From the NCBI RefSeq assembly GCF_009914755.1, contig NC_060931.1: a stretch of 64,000 bases of DNA, one strand, 5' to 3'. The translations under genes were made by a program, and so were the position numbers. How positions within the stretch are numbered: the stretch's first letter is position 1; each line of letters starts with the position of its first letter. This document shows, in pieces, positions 10,670 to 23,592 of the stretch. The notes under the pieces were generated by a model. That model worked only from the letters and a program-made list of their open reading frames with translations, made no database searches and had not been told where the DNA came from. The stretch is from the human T2T-CHM13v2.0 reference genome, Homo sapiens.

Positions 10670-13600
10670 GACCCGGGGCTCAGCCCATGCCCAGGCCTCG
10701 GCCGGGGCGCAGCGATCCCCCAAAGCCAGCGCCGTGGAGTTCGTGCCAATCCTGACATCTCGAGGTTTCCTCACTAGACAACTCTCTTTCGCAGGCTCCT
10801 TTGAACAACTCAGCTCCTGCAAAAGCTTCCGTCCCTGAGGCAAAAGGACACGAGGGCCCGACTGCCAGAGGGAGGATGGACAGACCTCTTGCCCTCACAC
10901 TCTGGTACCAGGACTGTTCGCTTTTATGATTGTAAATAGCCTGTGTAAGATTTTTGTAAGTATATTTGTATTTAAATGACGACCGATCACGCGTTTTTCT
11001 TTTTCAAAAGTTTTTAATTATTTAGGGCGGTTTAACCATTTGAGGCTTTTCCTTCTTGCCCTTTTCGGAGTATTGCAAAGGAGCTAAAACTGGTGTGCAA
11101 CCGCACAGCGCTCCTGGTCGTCCTCGCGCGCCTCTCCCTACCACGGGTGCTCGGGACGGCTGGGCGCCAGCTCCGGGGCGAGTTCAGCACTGCGGGGTGC
11201 GACTAGGGCTGCGCTGCCAGGGTCACTTCCCGCCTCCTCCTTTTGCCCCCTCCCCCTCCTTCTGTCCCCTCCCTTTCTTTCCTGGCTTGAGGTAGGGGCT
11301 CTTAAGGTACAGAACTCCACAAACCTTCCAAATCTGGAGGAGGGCCCCCATACATTACAACTCCTCCCTTGCTCGGCGGTGGATTGCGAAGGCCCGTCCC
11401 TTCGACTTCCTGAAGCTGGATTTTTAACTGTCCAGAACTTTCCTCCAACTTCATGGGGGCCCACGGGTGTGGGCGCTGGCAGTCTCAGCCTCCCTCCACG
11501 GTCACCTTCAACGCCCAGACACTCCCTTCTCCCACCTTAGTTGGTTACAGGGTGAGTGAGATAACCAATGCCAAACTTTTTGAAGTCTAATTTTTGAGGG
11601 GTGAGCTCATTTCATTCTCTAGTGTCTAAAACCTGGTATGGGTTTGGCCAGCGTCATGGAAAGATGTGGTTACTGAGATTTGGGAAGAAGCATGAAGCTT
11701 TGTGTGGGTTGGAAGAGACTGAAGATATGGGTTATAAAATGTTAATTCTAATTGCATACGGATGCCTGGCAACCTTGCCTTTGAGAATGAGACAGCCTGC
11801 GCTTAGATTTTACCGGTCTGTAAAATGGAAATGTTGAGGTCACCTGGAAAGCTTTGTTAAGGAGTTGATGTTTGCTTTCCTTAACAAGACAGCAAAACGT
11901 AAACAGAAATTGAAAACTTGAAGGATATTTCAGTGTCATGGACTTCCTCAAAATGAAGTGCTATTTTCTTATTTTTAATCAAATAACTAGACATATATCA
12001 GAAACTTTAAAATGTAAAAGTTGTACACTTTCAACATTTTATTACGATTATTATTCAGCAGCACATTCTGAGGGGGGAACAATTCACACCACCAATAATA
12101 ACCTGGTAAGATTTCAGGAGGTAAAGAAGGTGGAATAATTGACGGGGAGATAGCGCCTGAAATAAACAAAATATGGGCATGCATGCTAAAGGGAAAATGT
12201 GTGCAGGTCTACTGCATTAAATCCTGTGTGCTCCTCTTTTGGATTTACAGAAATGTGTCACATGTAAATCTTTCAAAGCCATTTAAAAATATTCACTTTA
12301 GTTCTCTGTGAAGAAGAGGAGAAAAGCAATCCTCCTGATTGTATTGTTTTAAACTTTAAGAATTTATCAAAATGCCGGTACTTAGGACCTAAATTTATCT
12401 ATGTCTGTCATACGCTAAAATGATATTGGTCTTTGAATTTGGTATACATTTATTCTGTTCACTATCACAAAATCATCTATATTTATAGAGGAATAGAAGT
12501 TTATATATATATAATACCATATTTTTAATTTCACAAATAAAAAATTCAAAGTTTTGTACAAAATTATATGGATTTTGTGCCTGAAAATAATAGAGCTTGA
12601 GCTGTCTGAACTATTTTACATTTTATGGTGTCTCATAGCCAATCCCACAGTGTAAAAATTCAGGAATTCAATGAAAAAAGTCTACCCTTAAACCCTCAGA
12701 TCAGTCTTTCCAAAGAATTACTCTGTTTGCATTGTTGTGATTGACATTTGTGAAGTCCCAAGAAAAGATCTGTTTTCATGACAGTAGAAAATAGAAGTTT
12801 GCAAATTATTTCTTTACTCAGAGGATTAAAAGAGAACTCTAATTTTAATATTAAAGCTTTCTTTTCTTTCAGGGAATAAATTTACATGACTTTTTATATT
12901 ATGGAGGTTTATTTTTAAATCATCACCTTTCTCATATTTTTTAGAGGTATTGTCTTATCTCTTCCATAATCTTGGATATTACAAAACCCTAAATAGGCAA
13001 TCAATAAATGGTTAACTGGCTATGTGTTCATAAACATTTTAAACAGCAATTGGGTTTGTAAGGCTGTTTTGTTGTTTGCTTCTGAAGACCCCTTTTTTTA
13101 ATCGTTCAAGGAACCTTCTCCAGATAAATTATCTAGTTGGTCTACTCTTAGTCAGAATTTATGCATGGGTGTATATATGTGTATATATAGATAAGTATAC
13201 ACATAAGTATATATGCATTAATTTTTATAAAATAGAGATGTAAAGTTTACTTACATTTCATAATATGGAAATATGGTTATGAGAAATGGAAAATGCTAGA
13301 TGGAAAACCTCAAATACCTTTACAGGTTAAAAATATCTTTACTAAATTTTCCCATGAAAACATTTTGTGATAAAATGACAAGGGACTAAAATGAAGATCA
13401 TTGATACAATAGAGTTACTTTCCTTGTTACAATGCAATTGTCTTATAAGTCATTATTCATTTTAAGGAAAATCAAAAAAATTAGATCTTACTAAAAATGT
13501 AGCATTTGATTTTAAGTAGCAAGATGCAATTTTGTGTTCCCTTTTTCTTTGTTACATTAACATAATATAGTAGATAGAAGGTTTATTGTATAGACATACA

Positions 13601-15172
13601 CAAAAAAATAGTATTCTTAGGCCAAATTCACACATATCTCCTCACTAAGTAGTTCAATTAGATAATTTCTGGAAAAACATGTTTTTGACATTAATTGCTA
13701 TCCAAAACTATATTTTAAAGCAGTCTTATTGGAGGTGTCCTTAACATGATGTAACTATAAATTTGATGCAGAAAGGTTTTACATGCTGTGGTTAAATAGC
13801 TTTAGAAGACATTTTTAAGTCACCACCAGCCTTTATTCTTAGAAAACAATTTATTCTAAATGATGATGCATATAGAAAACCAGTGTATTCTTTTATTTCT
13901 TTTAATACTGGTGGCAAAATAGGACGTGTCTGGAAAACCATAAGGCTACTTGGGATACTGTCCCATTAGCATTGCTGTTTCCATGACAAACCCTATTTTC
14001 AGATGGTTTGATTTGCCTATTTTTTTTTTAAACCAGCTATAAATTGGGGTCAATTTCCCCCCTCACAGTGTACTTAATTTAGCTTTTGGAGTAAATATAT
14101 AAGTAGTATGAAAGACTTCTGAAGCTCTTCTTTCTAAAAAAGCAGTTTTCCACTTAAGCTTTGTGGGGACAGAGAGTCATATTTTTAATTTCAGAGCCAG
14201 CCAGTGTCAAACACGTGCAAAAGAGCCGGGCCGGATTTTTTCAGCTTGTCCTATGGTAGTCACTTGTCAGCCTGAGTTTACTGGCCTGGTCCTTTTGTCT
14301 CCACTGTAAGTACTGAAGCCTTCTGGTGTAGTTGTATCACCTTAATGTCCAGCATTTAACTAGGAAAGGAGACTACAATGAAGAGTTGGTGGCCAATTAA
14401 GAAAAATAATAGACTACATCATAAATCATTTCAGGACTTGAGTGGCCGCAGATCACTGTCCCTGATAGCATGTTTCAACCTTGGTATACATTTTTTTTAA
14501 GATGCATATTTACTGTGTGTGCTTTTGCTTTCTAATCCATCTATTGACTATTGGCCACAATTTATATAATGCACATGCAATTAATTGAAACCTGTGTCAT
14601 GGCATTGGATATCTCTGATTCATTTCTTATTATAATAGTCTGTGTAACTGGGGCCTGAGAGATTAGAAGCAAAATGTAGTCGTACGTATGTCTAGAGGTG
14701 GACGCTGGTGATATTGTCATTGAATACTTTGCAGAATACACTAATGTCAAAGGCTTGCAGGATTAATGTGTAGGAACCAACATAAGACATGGAATATATA
14801 TAAGAATTATCTAGTTACATGACTAAAAAGGAATTGCAATACTATCTTAAATTGAAGGCTTTTATTTCAATGTCCTTACATTTAAAATGGGATCTTACAA
14901 GGGAAGTACCAAAAAAGTAAAGTTTATTTTGATGACTCTCAAGATATATATGTTTGTTTTGAATGTTGGCAGATGCCAATAGCCCTTAACATTTGAAAAA
15001 TGGTACTTGAACATCAATTATGTCTCAGAGTTCCCTTAAACTTTTTGGGCTTAAATATTTTTATTCATTTTGGTCATACCTTTGACAATGGATATGTTAA
15101 ACTTTAACAATTATAGTGACAAAACAGCTTGCTTAGAACCTGGAAATTAAAACACAATTTCTAGAGTAATTT
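10670..15172 (+). other. FZD1: FZD1 3' UTR (long isoform; shorter isoforms likely end ~12.2-13.0 kb)
   Basis: Stretch free of recognisable repeats after the stop. AATAAA at 12161, 12536, 12875 and 13003. ATTAAA at 15146 is followed ~25 nt later by a U/GU-rich element. The distal end fits my recollection of a ~6.9-kb transcript. Confidence 0.7.
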
Positions 15173-15200
15173 TTCTAAGTTGTATCATGTTTTGTGGTGA
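15146..15200 (+). terminator. FZD1: Distal polyadenylation signal ATTAAA with downstream U/GU-rich element
   Basis: ATTAAA 15146-15151, then TTTTTCTAAGTTGTATCATGTTTTGTGGTG. Confidence 0.65.
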
Positions 15201-16278
15201 CAAATGTCTCTACTCCATTACAGAATCAAGTTGCTATTCAAATATAATACTTCCTCTGGGGATCTTTGTTTATAGGTTGGTTTGGGACCCTAATAACAGG
15301 TCAAACAAAAGGGTTTCTCAAAGAAATTTTTCTAATAATATATAAGTTCAAATACAATTTATAAGTACATGTACACAATGAACATATAATAAGTATTCTG
15401 TGGGTCATCGTCAGTTTTATGAGTCAAGCAGATCCTTAAATTGCTTGAAAGAATAAGATACAATTTTCCAAAAGAGATTAAGTAAACTATTTCATTGATA
15501 TTCTAAAGAGGTGTATTTTTGAATGATAAAATGTAAATAACACTGCATTTTCTTGAGGTATTATTAATACACTAGTTGAATGGCATATTTGTGTGACTAG
15601 TAATTCTAAAAGCAAAGTATTAAAATAGCAATGATTTGTACATTTTACACACACATTTTTTAAAAGATGAAATTGACTTACCTGAAAACAATAGTTTTTG
15701 TTTTAAAATTTAGATGTGTATTTTATAAAAAAGACCTCAAGAAATTTCATTCATAGTATAGACTTTCAAAACATGTTCATAGCAATACAGTGATTAACAT
15801 GAAAAGGAATCACTGTTGCTGCTTTGATATAGTTCTCTGTGGCCTGGATTTTCTTTCTTTCCTTTTTAAAAACCAAGTATCCTCTAATTTGTGGATATCT
15901 CCATGTTTCAGATCTCAGTACCTGTTTGAATTAAATTTGCAGGGGAATAACTGCGGGATCCCCCCATAGACAAAGTGTGGCCTTTATTTCCTTTCAAGTT
16001 GGCAGTGTGTCCTTGCTTAAATGAAGCACTCTGAGGCAGACTGTTCTCTTGCTCTTGGAAATGCTTGTCTTTACAATTGCAGTAGCAAATACCTGGAAGT
16101 CATACAGGCTAGTTAGATACATATTCTAAATGTCATGTGCTGCTTGATCATTGTAAGGATTTTTTTTCTTAAAAAGTAGATTTGGGGACTATTCTTGACC
16201 TTATCTTTCCAACTCTTGGAAATATTTTAAAAAGTTAACTTCACCAAATATTCTGTCAAAAACTGTAGGCCCCTCAGA

Positions 16279-16392
16279 TAGAATGACCAACTGTCCAGGT
16301 TTGCCCAGGGCTGGGAGTTTTCTTGGCATGTGGGAATTTTAAGTAGTAAAACCAGGAAAGTCCTGGGCAAACTGGGATGACTGGAAACCCTA
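16279..16392. mobile_element. MER81-like hAT-Blackjack MITE
   Basis: ~114 bp; ends TAGAATGACCAACTGTCCAGGTTTGCCCAGG and CCTGGGCAAACTGGGATGACTGGAAACCCTA are degenerate inverted repeats. Confidence 0.8.
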
Positions 16393-16818
16393 TTCCATGG
16401 ATTAAATTGTGCTCTCACAAAAATAGAGTAAAAGCTTACATGTTGGTCTCTGGTCCAGCATTGAAAGTACTCCACAGTGGCTGTAGCCTTCTTAATTACC
16501 AGATTAAAAGTCAATGAACACAGCCCTTTGTAACTGGTCTTCATAGTACCAATCAACAGAAGCTGAGTGGACCATGAAGATAAAATGGAACAAACTACCT
16601 TGATTATCTTGGCCATTCCACCTTTAGCCTTTGCCTCCCGAAGAAATGGGACATAGGTGTAGGCTTCCAACTAGCCACTGAACCCTGTTCATGAAATCAG
16701 GTTAAATGGCTGCTTTTAGAAAAGGCTCTCAAAAAGTATTCCCTTGGAATAAATCATTGTTTTGTAAAAAATTGATGTTAAATTTTACCAGATTGTAAGT
16801 AACTATCAGGCTGCTGCA

Positions 16819-16854
<36 letters not shown>

Positions 16855-16892
16855 CATATATATAATTGTATATGTACATATATATTTGTATA
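16819..16892. repeat. (TG)n microsatellite followed by TA-rich low complexity
   Basis: Directly visible. Confidence 0.9.
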
Positions 16893-17393
16893 ATAAAGCA
16901 ATACATTAGGATGAGATTATAAACTCAAGCAGAGATTTCCCCAAATGGCTGTACAGCAACAGTTTATATAATTATTATACTTTTTTCCAAGGTAAGTAGG
17001 GTTAACACCCATATCTTTCCTCAAATTAAAAGTTGTATCTACAAAAAGGAAAAAGTAAACTAAGTCTTAAAAATTATACTGTGATTATTGAAAATTGTAG
17101 AATACATTTTGTGGACCGTGCAATCCTTCACAATGGATTTCACGATGGGTTTCCCTGGAAATGTGAATGTAGACCTTCACGTTTCTACATGAAACTCTTC
17201 CATCAGAATTGGTTCACTTCTTTTTTGAGCTTACTGTCATCCTTCTTGTAAATGCACATGCAGTTTCACTGCCTTTATTGTTGAAACCACAATACTATTC
17301 TTGCTATCTCTTAATTAAACTCAATGTAAATGAATTTTAAAAGACACATAGGTAATGTAATTATTGCAAGAGGTACCTACACATTAGACTCTA

Positions 17394-18022
17394 GAGCTAA
17401 TTCTCAATATGGGACAATTTTGTTCTCTAGGAGACATTTGGCAATATTGGGACACATATTTGACTCTCATAACTGAGCACTGAAGGGTGCTGTTTTAGTC
17501 TGCTTTGCATAGCTATAAAGAGATACCTGAGACCAGGTAATTTATAAAGAAAAGAGGTTTATTTGGCTCACGTTTCTGCAGGCTGCATAAGAAGCATGGT
17601 GCCAACATCTACTTCTAGTCCACACCTCAGGAAGACTTTACTCATGGTGGAAGGCAAAGGGGGTGCAGGCCTGTCACCTGGCAAGAAAGGGAGCAAGAGA
17701 GAGGGAGGTGCCAAACTCTTTTAAACAGCCAGATCTCCTGGTAACTAACAGAGTGAGCACTGGCTCATTACCAGAGAAGGGCACCAAGACATTCATGAAG
17801 GATCCACCCCCATGACCCTAACACCACCCACCAGGCCCCACCTCTAACACTGGGGATCACATTTCAACATAATATTTGGGGGGGAAAATCACCCAAACTA
17901 TATCAGGTGCTATGGGCCTTTAATGCGTAGAGGCCAAGGGTGCTGCTAAACATTCTAGAATGCACAGGACAGCCCATGACAATGAATTATCTTATCCAAA
18001 GTGCCAAAGTTGAGAGACCTTG
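17394..18022 (+). mobile_element. MER20 hAT element split by an MST LTR
   Basis: TTCTCAA..GGAGACATTTGGCAAT.. before 17490; TAGAGGCCAAGGGTGCTGCTAAACATTCTAGAATGCACAGGACAGCCC..GTTGAGAGACCTTG after 17906. Confidence 0.8.
17491..17905 (-). mobile_element. MST (MSTB-like) MaLR solo LTR
   Basis: TG...CA termini, MST-type text (ATAAAGAAAAGAGGTTTATTTGGCTCAC), and a perfect 5-bp TSD GGTGC at 17486-17490 and 17906-17910. Confidence 0.9.
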
Positions 18023-18137
18023 CTTTGGAGGAGTGATTAAAATTGCAAATATACTTTTTAAAATAGTGAAATATATTGAATTTATAAAATACAATTGAGA
18101 AAAATATGGATTTACTGTGTATACAACATGGGCTTTA

Positions 18138-18433
18138 TTTTTATCTTTATTTTTTTGAGACAGGGTCTCTCTCTGTCCCTCGGGCTGGAGTGCAATGGTG
18201 CGATCACAACTCACTGCAACCTGCCTCCTGGGCTCAAGTGATCCTCTCACCTCAGCCTTCTAAGTAGCTGGGTCTACAAGCATGCACCACCACACTCGGC
18301 TAGTTTTTTAAACTTTTTGTAGAGATGAGGTCTCACTGTATTGCCTAGGCTGGTCTTGAACTCGTGGTCTCAAGTGATCCTCCTGCCTTGGCCTCATAAT
18401 GCTGATATTATAGGATTGAGCCACCATGCCTGG
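18138..18433 (-). mobile_element. AluJ-like SINE
   Basis: Reverse Alu dimer with T-rich tail; TSD TGGGCTTTA at 18129 and 18434. Confidence 0.92.
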
Positions 18434-18497
18434 TGGGCTTTACTTTTGACCTGCAAATTTTCTTTTAGATTGATGAATAGCCTGATAATATTGCATG

Positions 18498-18882
18498 GTG
18501 TCCAAAGTCTTTTGGCCTGTTTTGACAAAATACTGTAGACTTGGTGGCTTAAACAACTGACAATTTTCACAGTCCTGGAGGCTGAGAAGTCCAAGATCAA
18601 GATGCCAACAGATTCAGTTCCTGGTGAGGGCCTGCTTCCTGGCTTGCAGACAGCTCTTGTGGCTTTGTGTTCCCATGGCCTTTCCTCAGTGCATGCAGGT
18701 GGAGAGAGAAAACCATTGTCTTCCTTTCCTTTTAAGGACACTAACCCCATCATGAGAGTTCCACCCTCATGACCTCATCTCAGCCTTATTACCTTCCAAA
18801 GGCTCCATCTCCAAGCACTATCATATTGAGGGTTAGGCTTTAACATGCATTTGGGGGGGACATAAATATTCAACTCATAGCA
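18498..18882 (-). mobile_element. MLT1A-like MaLR solo LTR
   Basis: GGAGGCTGAGAAGTCCAAGATCAAGATGCCAACAGATTCAGTTCCTGGTGAGGGCC; ends AATATTCAACTCATAGCA. Confidence 0.85.
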
Positions 18883-20597
18883 GGCAATAAAATAAAACTT
18901 TTATTATTCAAATCTAGACAGGGACATACGGTATCATAATTTCAGTGGGAAAAATCTGTAAATAACATTAAGCAAGTTTAAAAAAAATCTCTGAAAGGCA
19001 TTTAGTAGTATTATGCTGTTATACTTCATATTCTACACTTCCATTTTCTTTTACACATTTCCCTGCATCATCACAGGTGTTATGGTATGGGGAAAAACTC
19101 TGGCCTAGGAGACAGAAAACCTGGGTTCTAGTCTTGATTTATTTGGTTAAGGGACCTTGAGTGAGTCTGACCCACAGGACCTAATGAATCAAATAGAGAC
19201 AATAATGAAGTAATAGATATAAAAGCCCCATTATAAATGGTGAAGCTCTGTAAAAATGTGAGAATTATCATTCACGTTAAGCTAATTAAGGAGGAAGTTG
19301 AGGATCTGAAGGCTTCTGCTCAGCATTGACTGCCTCCCCTTTAGAAAACGAAGTTCCAGTCACTGAAGGGCCGCAGGATGACTGGAGACCTTTCTGTTGT
19401 CTTCCTAGTCACCTCTTCTCTGATTTCATCACCACACTTGAGTTCTCCTGTGTACACCTAGGATATTTTCTGTTTAAGTTTTTTCCAGACCTGGTAAATT
19501 TCATATGAATTAGTCTCCAGTACAGCTACTATGGCATTGGAGAGGGGGCTAAGTCCTAGTTAGAAGAAAGAAGGCCCCTCTTCTGAAAGGGCTGGAATGG
19601 AGCAAGAATTATTACAGGAGTGTTCTGAGGTCAGAGGAGAGTGGGGCTTAAGAGTATGTATGTTCCAGGTCCAAATGTGGCAAATTCACAGACAGACCTT
19701 CTGGGTTGAGAGTCCTCACAGAGTGGGACAGTGCCCAGGAGCTGTGTTGCTTCATTTGTTCATTGACAAGTTGGGGTAGATGTGAGCATCTTGCCGGGAG
19801 AGGGGAGGCTCATGTCCTACAGGTAGACAAGTTGGGGTCATTTTGCTTTGGAAGGGAGAAAAAGGGAAGGGATATAATGAAAACCAAAGTCAACTACTCT
19901 TTCCTGGGGCTAGCCCAGGTGGGAGTGAGTAGAGGAATTGAATGGAAACATCTCTCAAATAGAGACATAACCTTGGATTTTAAATATGACCTTTCCTCCT
20001 CCTCCTCTAAAAAGGAAACAAATTTCAAGATAATAGAGAATTGGACAGAGAAGTTGAATGTCATCTCGGAAAGAATCTTGGACTTGCAAGAACTGGCTTG
20101 AATCCCAACCAGCTCTTAGCCTCAAATCCATTTACCTAAAGTAGTAATAATAATCATTTTTCACTAATTCAGGTCTGTTGGGGGAATCAAAGAAATGAAG
20201 TACATAATGACATTTTTAGCACTAGAGTCAGCTACACATCTTAGTCTTCTTCACCTTGCATATTTCTTTTCTCTCTTCCTCTTCTCCCCGTTCTTCTCCC
20301 CCCTTCCTCCTTTCTGTCTCTTCTTTCCTCCACCTCCCTCTCTCACTCCTCCTGCTTCTATCACTCACCCTTACTGCTGATGTGAATTGAAAAGGCATAA
20401 AGCAAACTAATGCCATATTTTTCCTGCATCTCTTTTCAGGCTAAGCATGTTTTACAAGACTTATTTACACAAAAAATTAAGATAATGGGCAACCTTAAGG
20501 TTAAATGACACAAATGTACTTTATTAATCAACCGGTGATGTTGCTCTTAAAGCATAAGTGCATCTCTATGCATTAATGTATGCTTTGGGATATGCTA

Positions 20598-20930
20598 TAG
20601 TCACACGCCACATCGTGATGTTTCAGTCAATGACAGACCACATATATGATGGTGGGCCCATAAGATTATAATACAGTATTTTTGCTGTTCCTTTTCTACT
20701 TTAAGATATACAAATACTCACCATTGTGTTATGGTATTCAGTACAGTACAGTAACATGCTATACAGGCTTGTAGCCTAGGAGCAATAGGCTATACCATAT
20801 AGCTTAGGTGTGTAAGGAGGCTATGCCATCTAGGTTGAAGTAAGTACACTCTATGGTGTTCTCACTGTGTTGAAATTGCTAATGATGTGTTTCACAGCAC
20901 ATATCCCCATCATTAAGAGATGCATGACTG
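20598..20930 (+). mobile_element. Tigger3a-like TcMar-Tigger element
   Basis: GGTGGGCCCATAAGATTATAATAC..GTAGCCTAGGAGCAATAGGCTATACCATATAGC..GCATGACTG; TA on both sides. Confidence 0.88.
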
Positions 20931-20932
20931 TA

Positions 20933-21267
20933 TAGTAGTTCCCTCCTTATCTGTGGTTTTGCTTTCTGAGGTTTCAGTTACCCAAAATCAACCACAGTCC
21001 TAAAATAGGTAAGTACTATACAATACACTAAGATATTTTGTGAGAGACCACATTCATATACCTTGATAGTATATTGTCATAATTGTTCTATTTTATTATT
21101 AGTCATTGTTGTTGATCTCTTTGTGTGCCTAATTTATAAATTAAACTTCATTCATCATAGATACATATAGAAAAGAACATAATATGTATGGAGCTCAGTA
21201 CTATACCATTTCAAGTATCCACTGGGAGCCTTGGAATGTATCCCCTATGGATAAGGCGGAACTACTA
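20933..21267 (+). mobile_element. MER44A-like TcMar-Tigger element
   Basis: TIR-like ends TAGTAGTTCCCTCCTTATCTG and GGATAAGGCGGAACTACTA; internal GAGAGACCACATTCA and TGCCTAATTTATAAATTAAAC. Confidence 0.85.
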
Positions 21268-21674
21268 ATTAAATTTCAATTTAATTTCTTTACAACCCCT
21301 AACAAATTGACCTAATTGGTAGGTTTTATACTTGAGTAACATGGAAACAGCTCTTTGAGGCCACTCTAATTCATGACCAGGAAGTGATTCATAATTTCCC
21401 TTCAGAAATATACTCCTCTACTGGATTGATAACAAATCGAACAATTATAAGAATCCTTTGTTTGTCCTTGTTGACTATATTGCCAAAGGGAGCTTACTTC
21501 ACAGCAATTATGAAAATGTTCCTTTGATACAACTGATATGGACTGAACATATTTTGATGCATGAAGTTGAGCAGGATTGAGGGCTTATATCAAAGAGATT
21601 GATTAGTAATTGTATTATTTCCTCATATAAGAATAGCTAGCCATTTTGGTGCCTTGGTCACCTCTGTGATCTAG

Positions 21675-22146
21675 TGTATTAGTTTTCTATTGCTGCTGCA
21701 ACAAATTACTAAAAACTTGAAAAATACACATTTATCATCTTACAGTTCTATAAGTGAGAAGCCTGGCACCTGTCTCACTGGGCTAGAATCAAGGTGTTGC
21801 ATTGTTATGTTTCTTTCTGGGGGCTCTAAGGGAGAATCTGTTCTGTACTTTTTCCAGCTTTATTTCCTCTATTCTGGAGGCTTATTCCATAGCTTGTGAC
21901 ACAGTTTTCCTGTCTTCAAAGCCAGCAACATTGGGTCAAGCTCTTTCTGTCTGATTCTCTCCATTTGGAAATACTTGCCTGCTTTTAAAGACTCATGATT
22001 AGATCAATACAGGATAATTCCCCATCTCAAGGTTACTAGCCTTAATGACATCTGCAAAATACCTCTTGCCATGTAAGGTAACGTATTCATAGGTTCCAAG
22101 GATGAGGGCATACACATTGCTGGGGGCCATTATTCTATCTGCCACA
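21675..22146 (-). mobile_element. MLT1C/D-like MaLR solo LTR
   Basis: TGTATTAGTTTTCTATTGCTGCTG..GGGGCCATTATTCTATCTGCCACA; flanks TCTAG/TCTAT are a degenerate 5-bp TSD. Confidence 0.82.
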
Positions 22147-23592
22147 TCTATGTTTAGCTGTTGGAGCTAGAAAATTTTTCTTTTAGAAGTATTCCTTCCA
22201 CATTCTCATTCTTTACGATTACTTTTTTTTTTAAGTGGATTCCTGAATTTCTTCAGTTCCCATTTCATTCTTTCAAAGTATGTTTCTGTCAGTGGTCAAT
22301 TCCCCATTGATTTCCCCTCTCCTTTTACCCCATTTTCTGTTAAGAGGTCTGCAGATCAGTCCTTGTGCTCTACCTGATTTCTTTGTATTTCAGATGTCAT
22401 CTTTCTTCCTCGTCTTTGCACATATTCTCTGGATTGCTACCCTTTTTGTTACTCTATATGTCTTTTCAATACACATTTCTCTAAATTCATATTTTGTGTC
22501 TGTCCCAGAAATAGATCAGAAAAAGATGGAGATTGACTGATGTCAACCTTTTTCTCCCAAGTGAACACATATAACCCCACTGTTTTTTTTTTAAGCTACA
22601 GATGATATAATTGTATGGCTTTCATCAGAAGCACATCTGTCAAGTGATTACATTTTTGCTCTTTAGTGAGGGGCTGGATGGGAGCGAGAGTTGATATAGT
22701 TAATCTCATCTCCGATTAATCTAGTATGTATCTCTAGCTGTGATTATAGATTTTAATTCTTCATGAAGTTACCATCATATTTATAGAGACAATCTTTTTC
22801 TCATTATCTTTAATTTAAACATTTTGTCAAAAAAGAAAAGAAATCTCAATTGCCTGGGTTGCATTTTATACAAATTCAGATAATGAATACACCTGCCTTA
22901 GTTTAAAATGTTGTGTTGACATTTTTGGAGAATAAATTTTCCTGGCATTACAAATGCATCCTTAAAAATGTTCTCTAAAATGTAATTTTTAATCCATACT
23001 AAAAACCAACTGCAAGTTTTTTTCTTCTATCTACACTGTTACGGCTGGAAGTGTATATTTTCCTCCATATATATAAATCTATATATATATATATATATAT
23101 AAATCTTTCTGAAAATATATGCCTCTTAAAGCAATTATTTAAGAAGAAGATTCCAAATGTTCATAGCTCTCCCCGAATATACATTATTTTTAAGAATGTG
23201 ATTTTGGAGAAATTACACAGAAATATATCAAAATTTCTATAAATCAATAATAAGTTAGCATATGCAGTTATCTTTTAATACCACCATCCTTTATATTCTT
23301 CTAAAATTTTACATCATTCATCTTCTTTATAGCTTTTTTCCCAAGGAGGCATAATTCAGGAATAGACCAGAGGTCACTTGAATGTAGTAATGGCTCTATA
23401 AATAAAGAATATGTATTTTAATAATATACAGCTTCATTAGAGACAAACTGAATTAATGTAGGAGTTGTAGGGTGTGTTTGTAGACCTCAGATAAGACTGG
23501 TTACGATGGGGATATTTATTCAATGCTAACTAAAATAAAATCAGATGATCTTCAAAATATACGGTATTTATCAGAGGTGACAATGGGTTACT

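Larger units (their letters stand above)
7330..11500. promoter_or_regulatory. FZD1: CpG island covering the FZD1 promoter, 5' UTR, CDS and proximal 3' UTR
   Basis: Dense CpG/GC-rich blocks at ~7330-7500, ~8050-10760 and ~11100-11500 against an AT-rich, CpG-depleted background. No TATA box is evident. The TSS cannot be read from sequence; from recall of the mRNA it is ~8280-8315. Confidence 0.9.

Noticed and set aside
8534-10843. Long antisense and alternate-frame ORFs over FZD1 (214, 262, 192, 141 aa etc.)
   Set aside because: Expected shadows of a very GC-rich CDS that is poor in stop codons; no recognisable domains.
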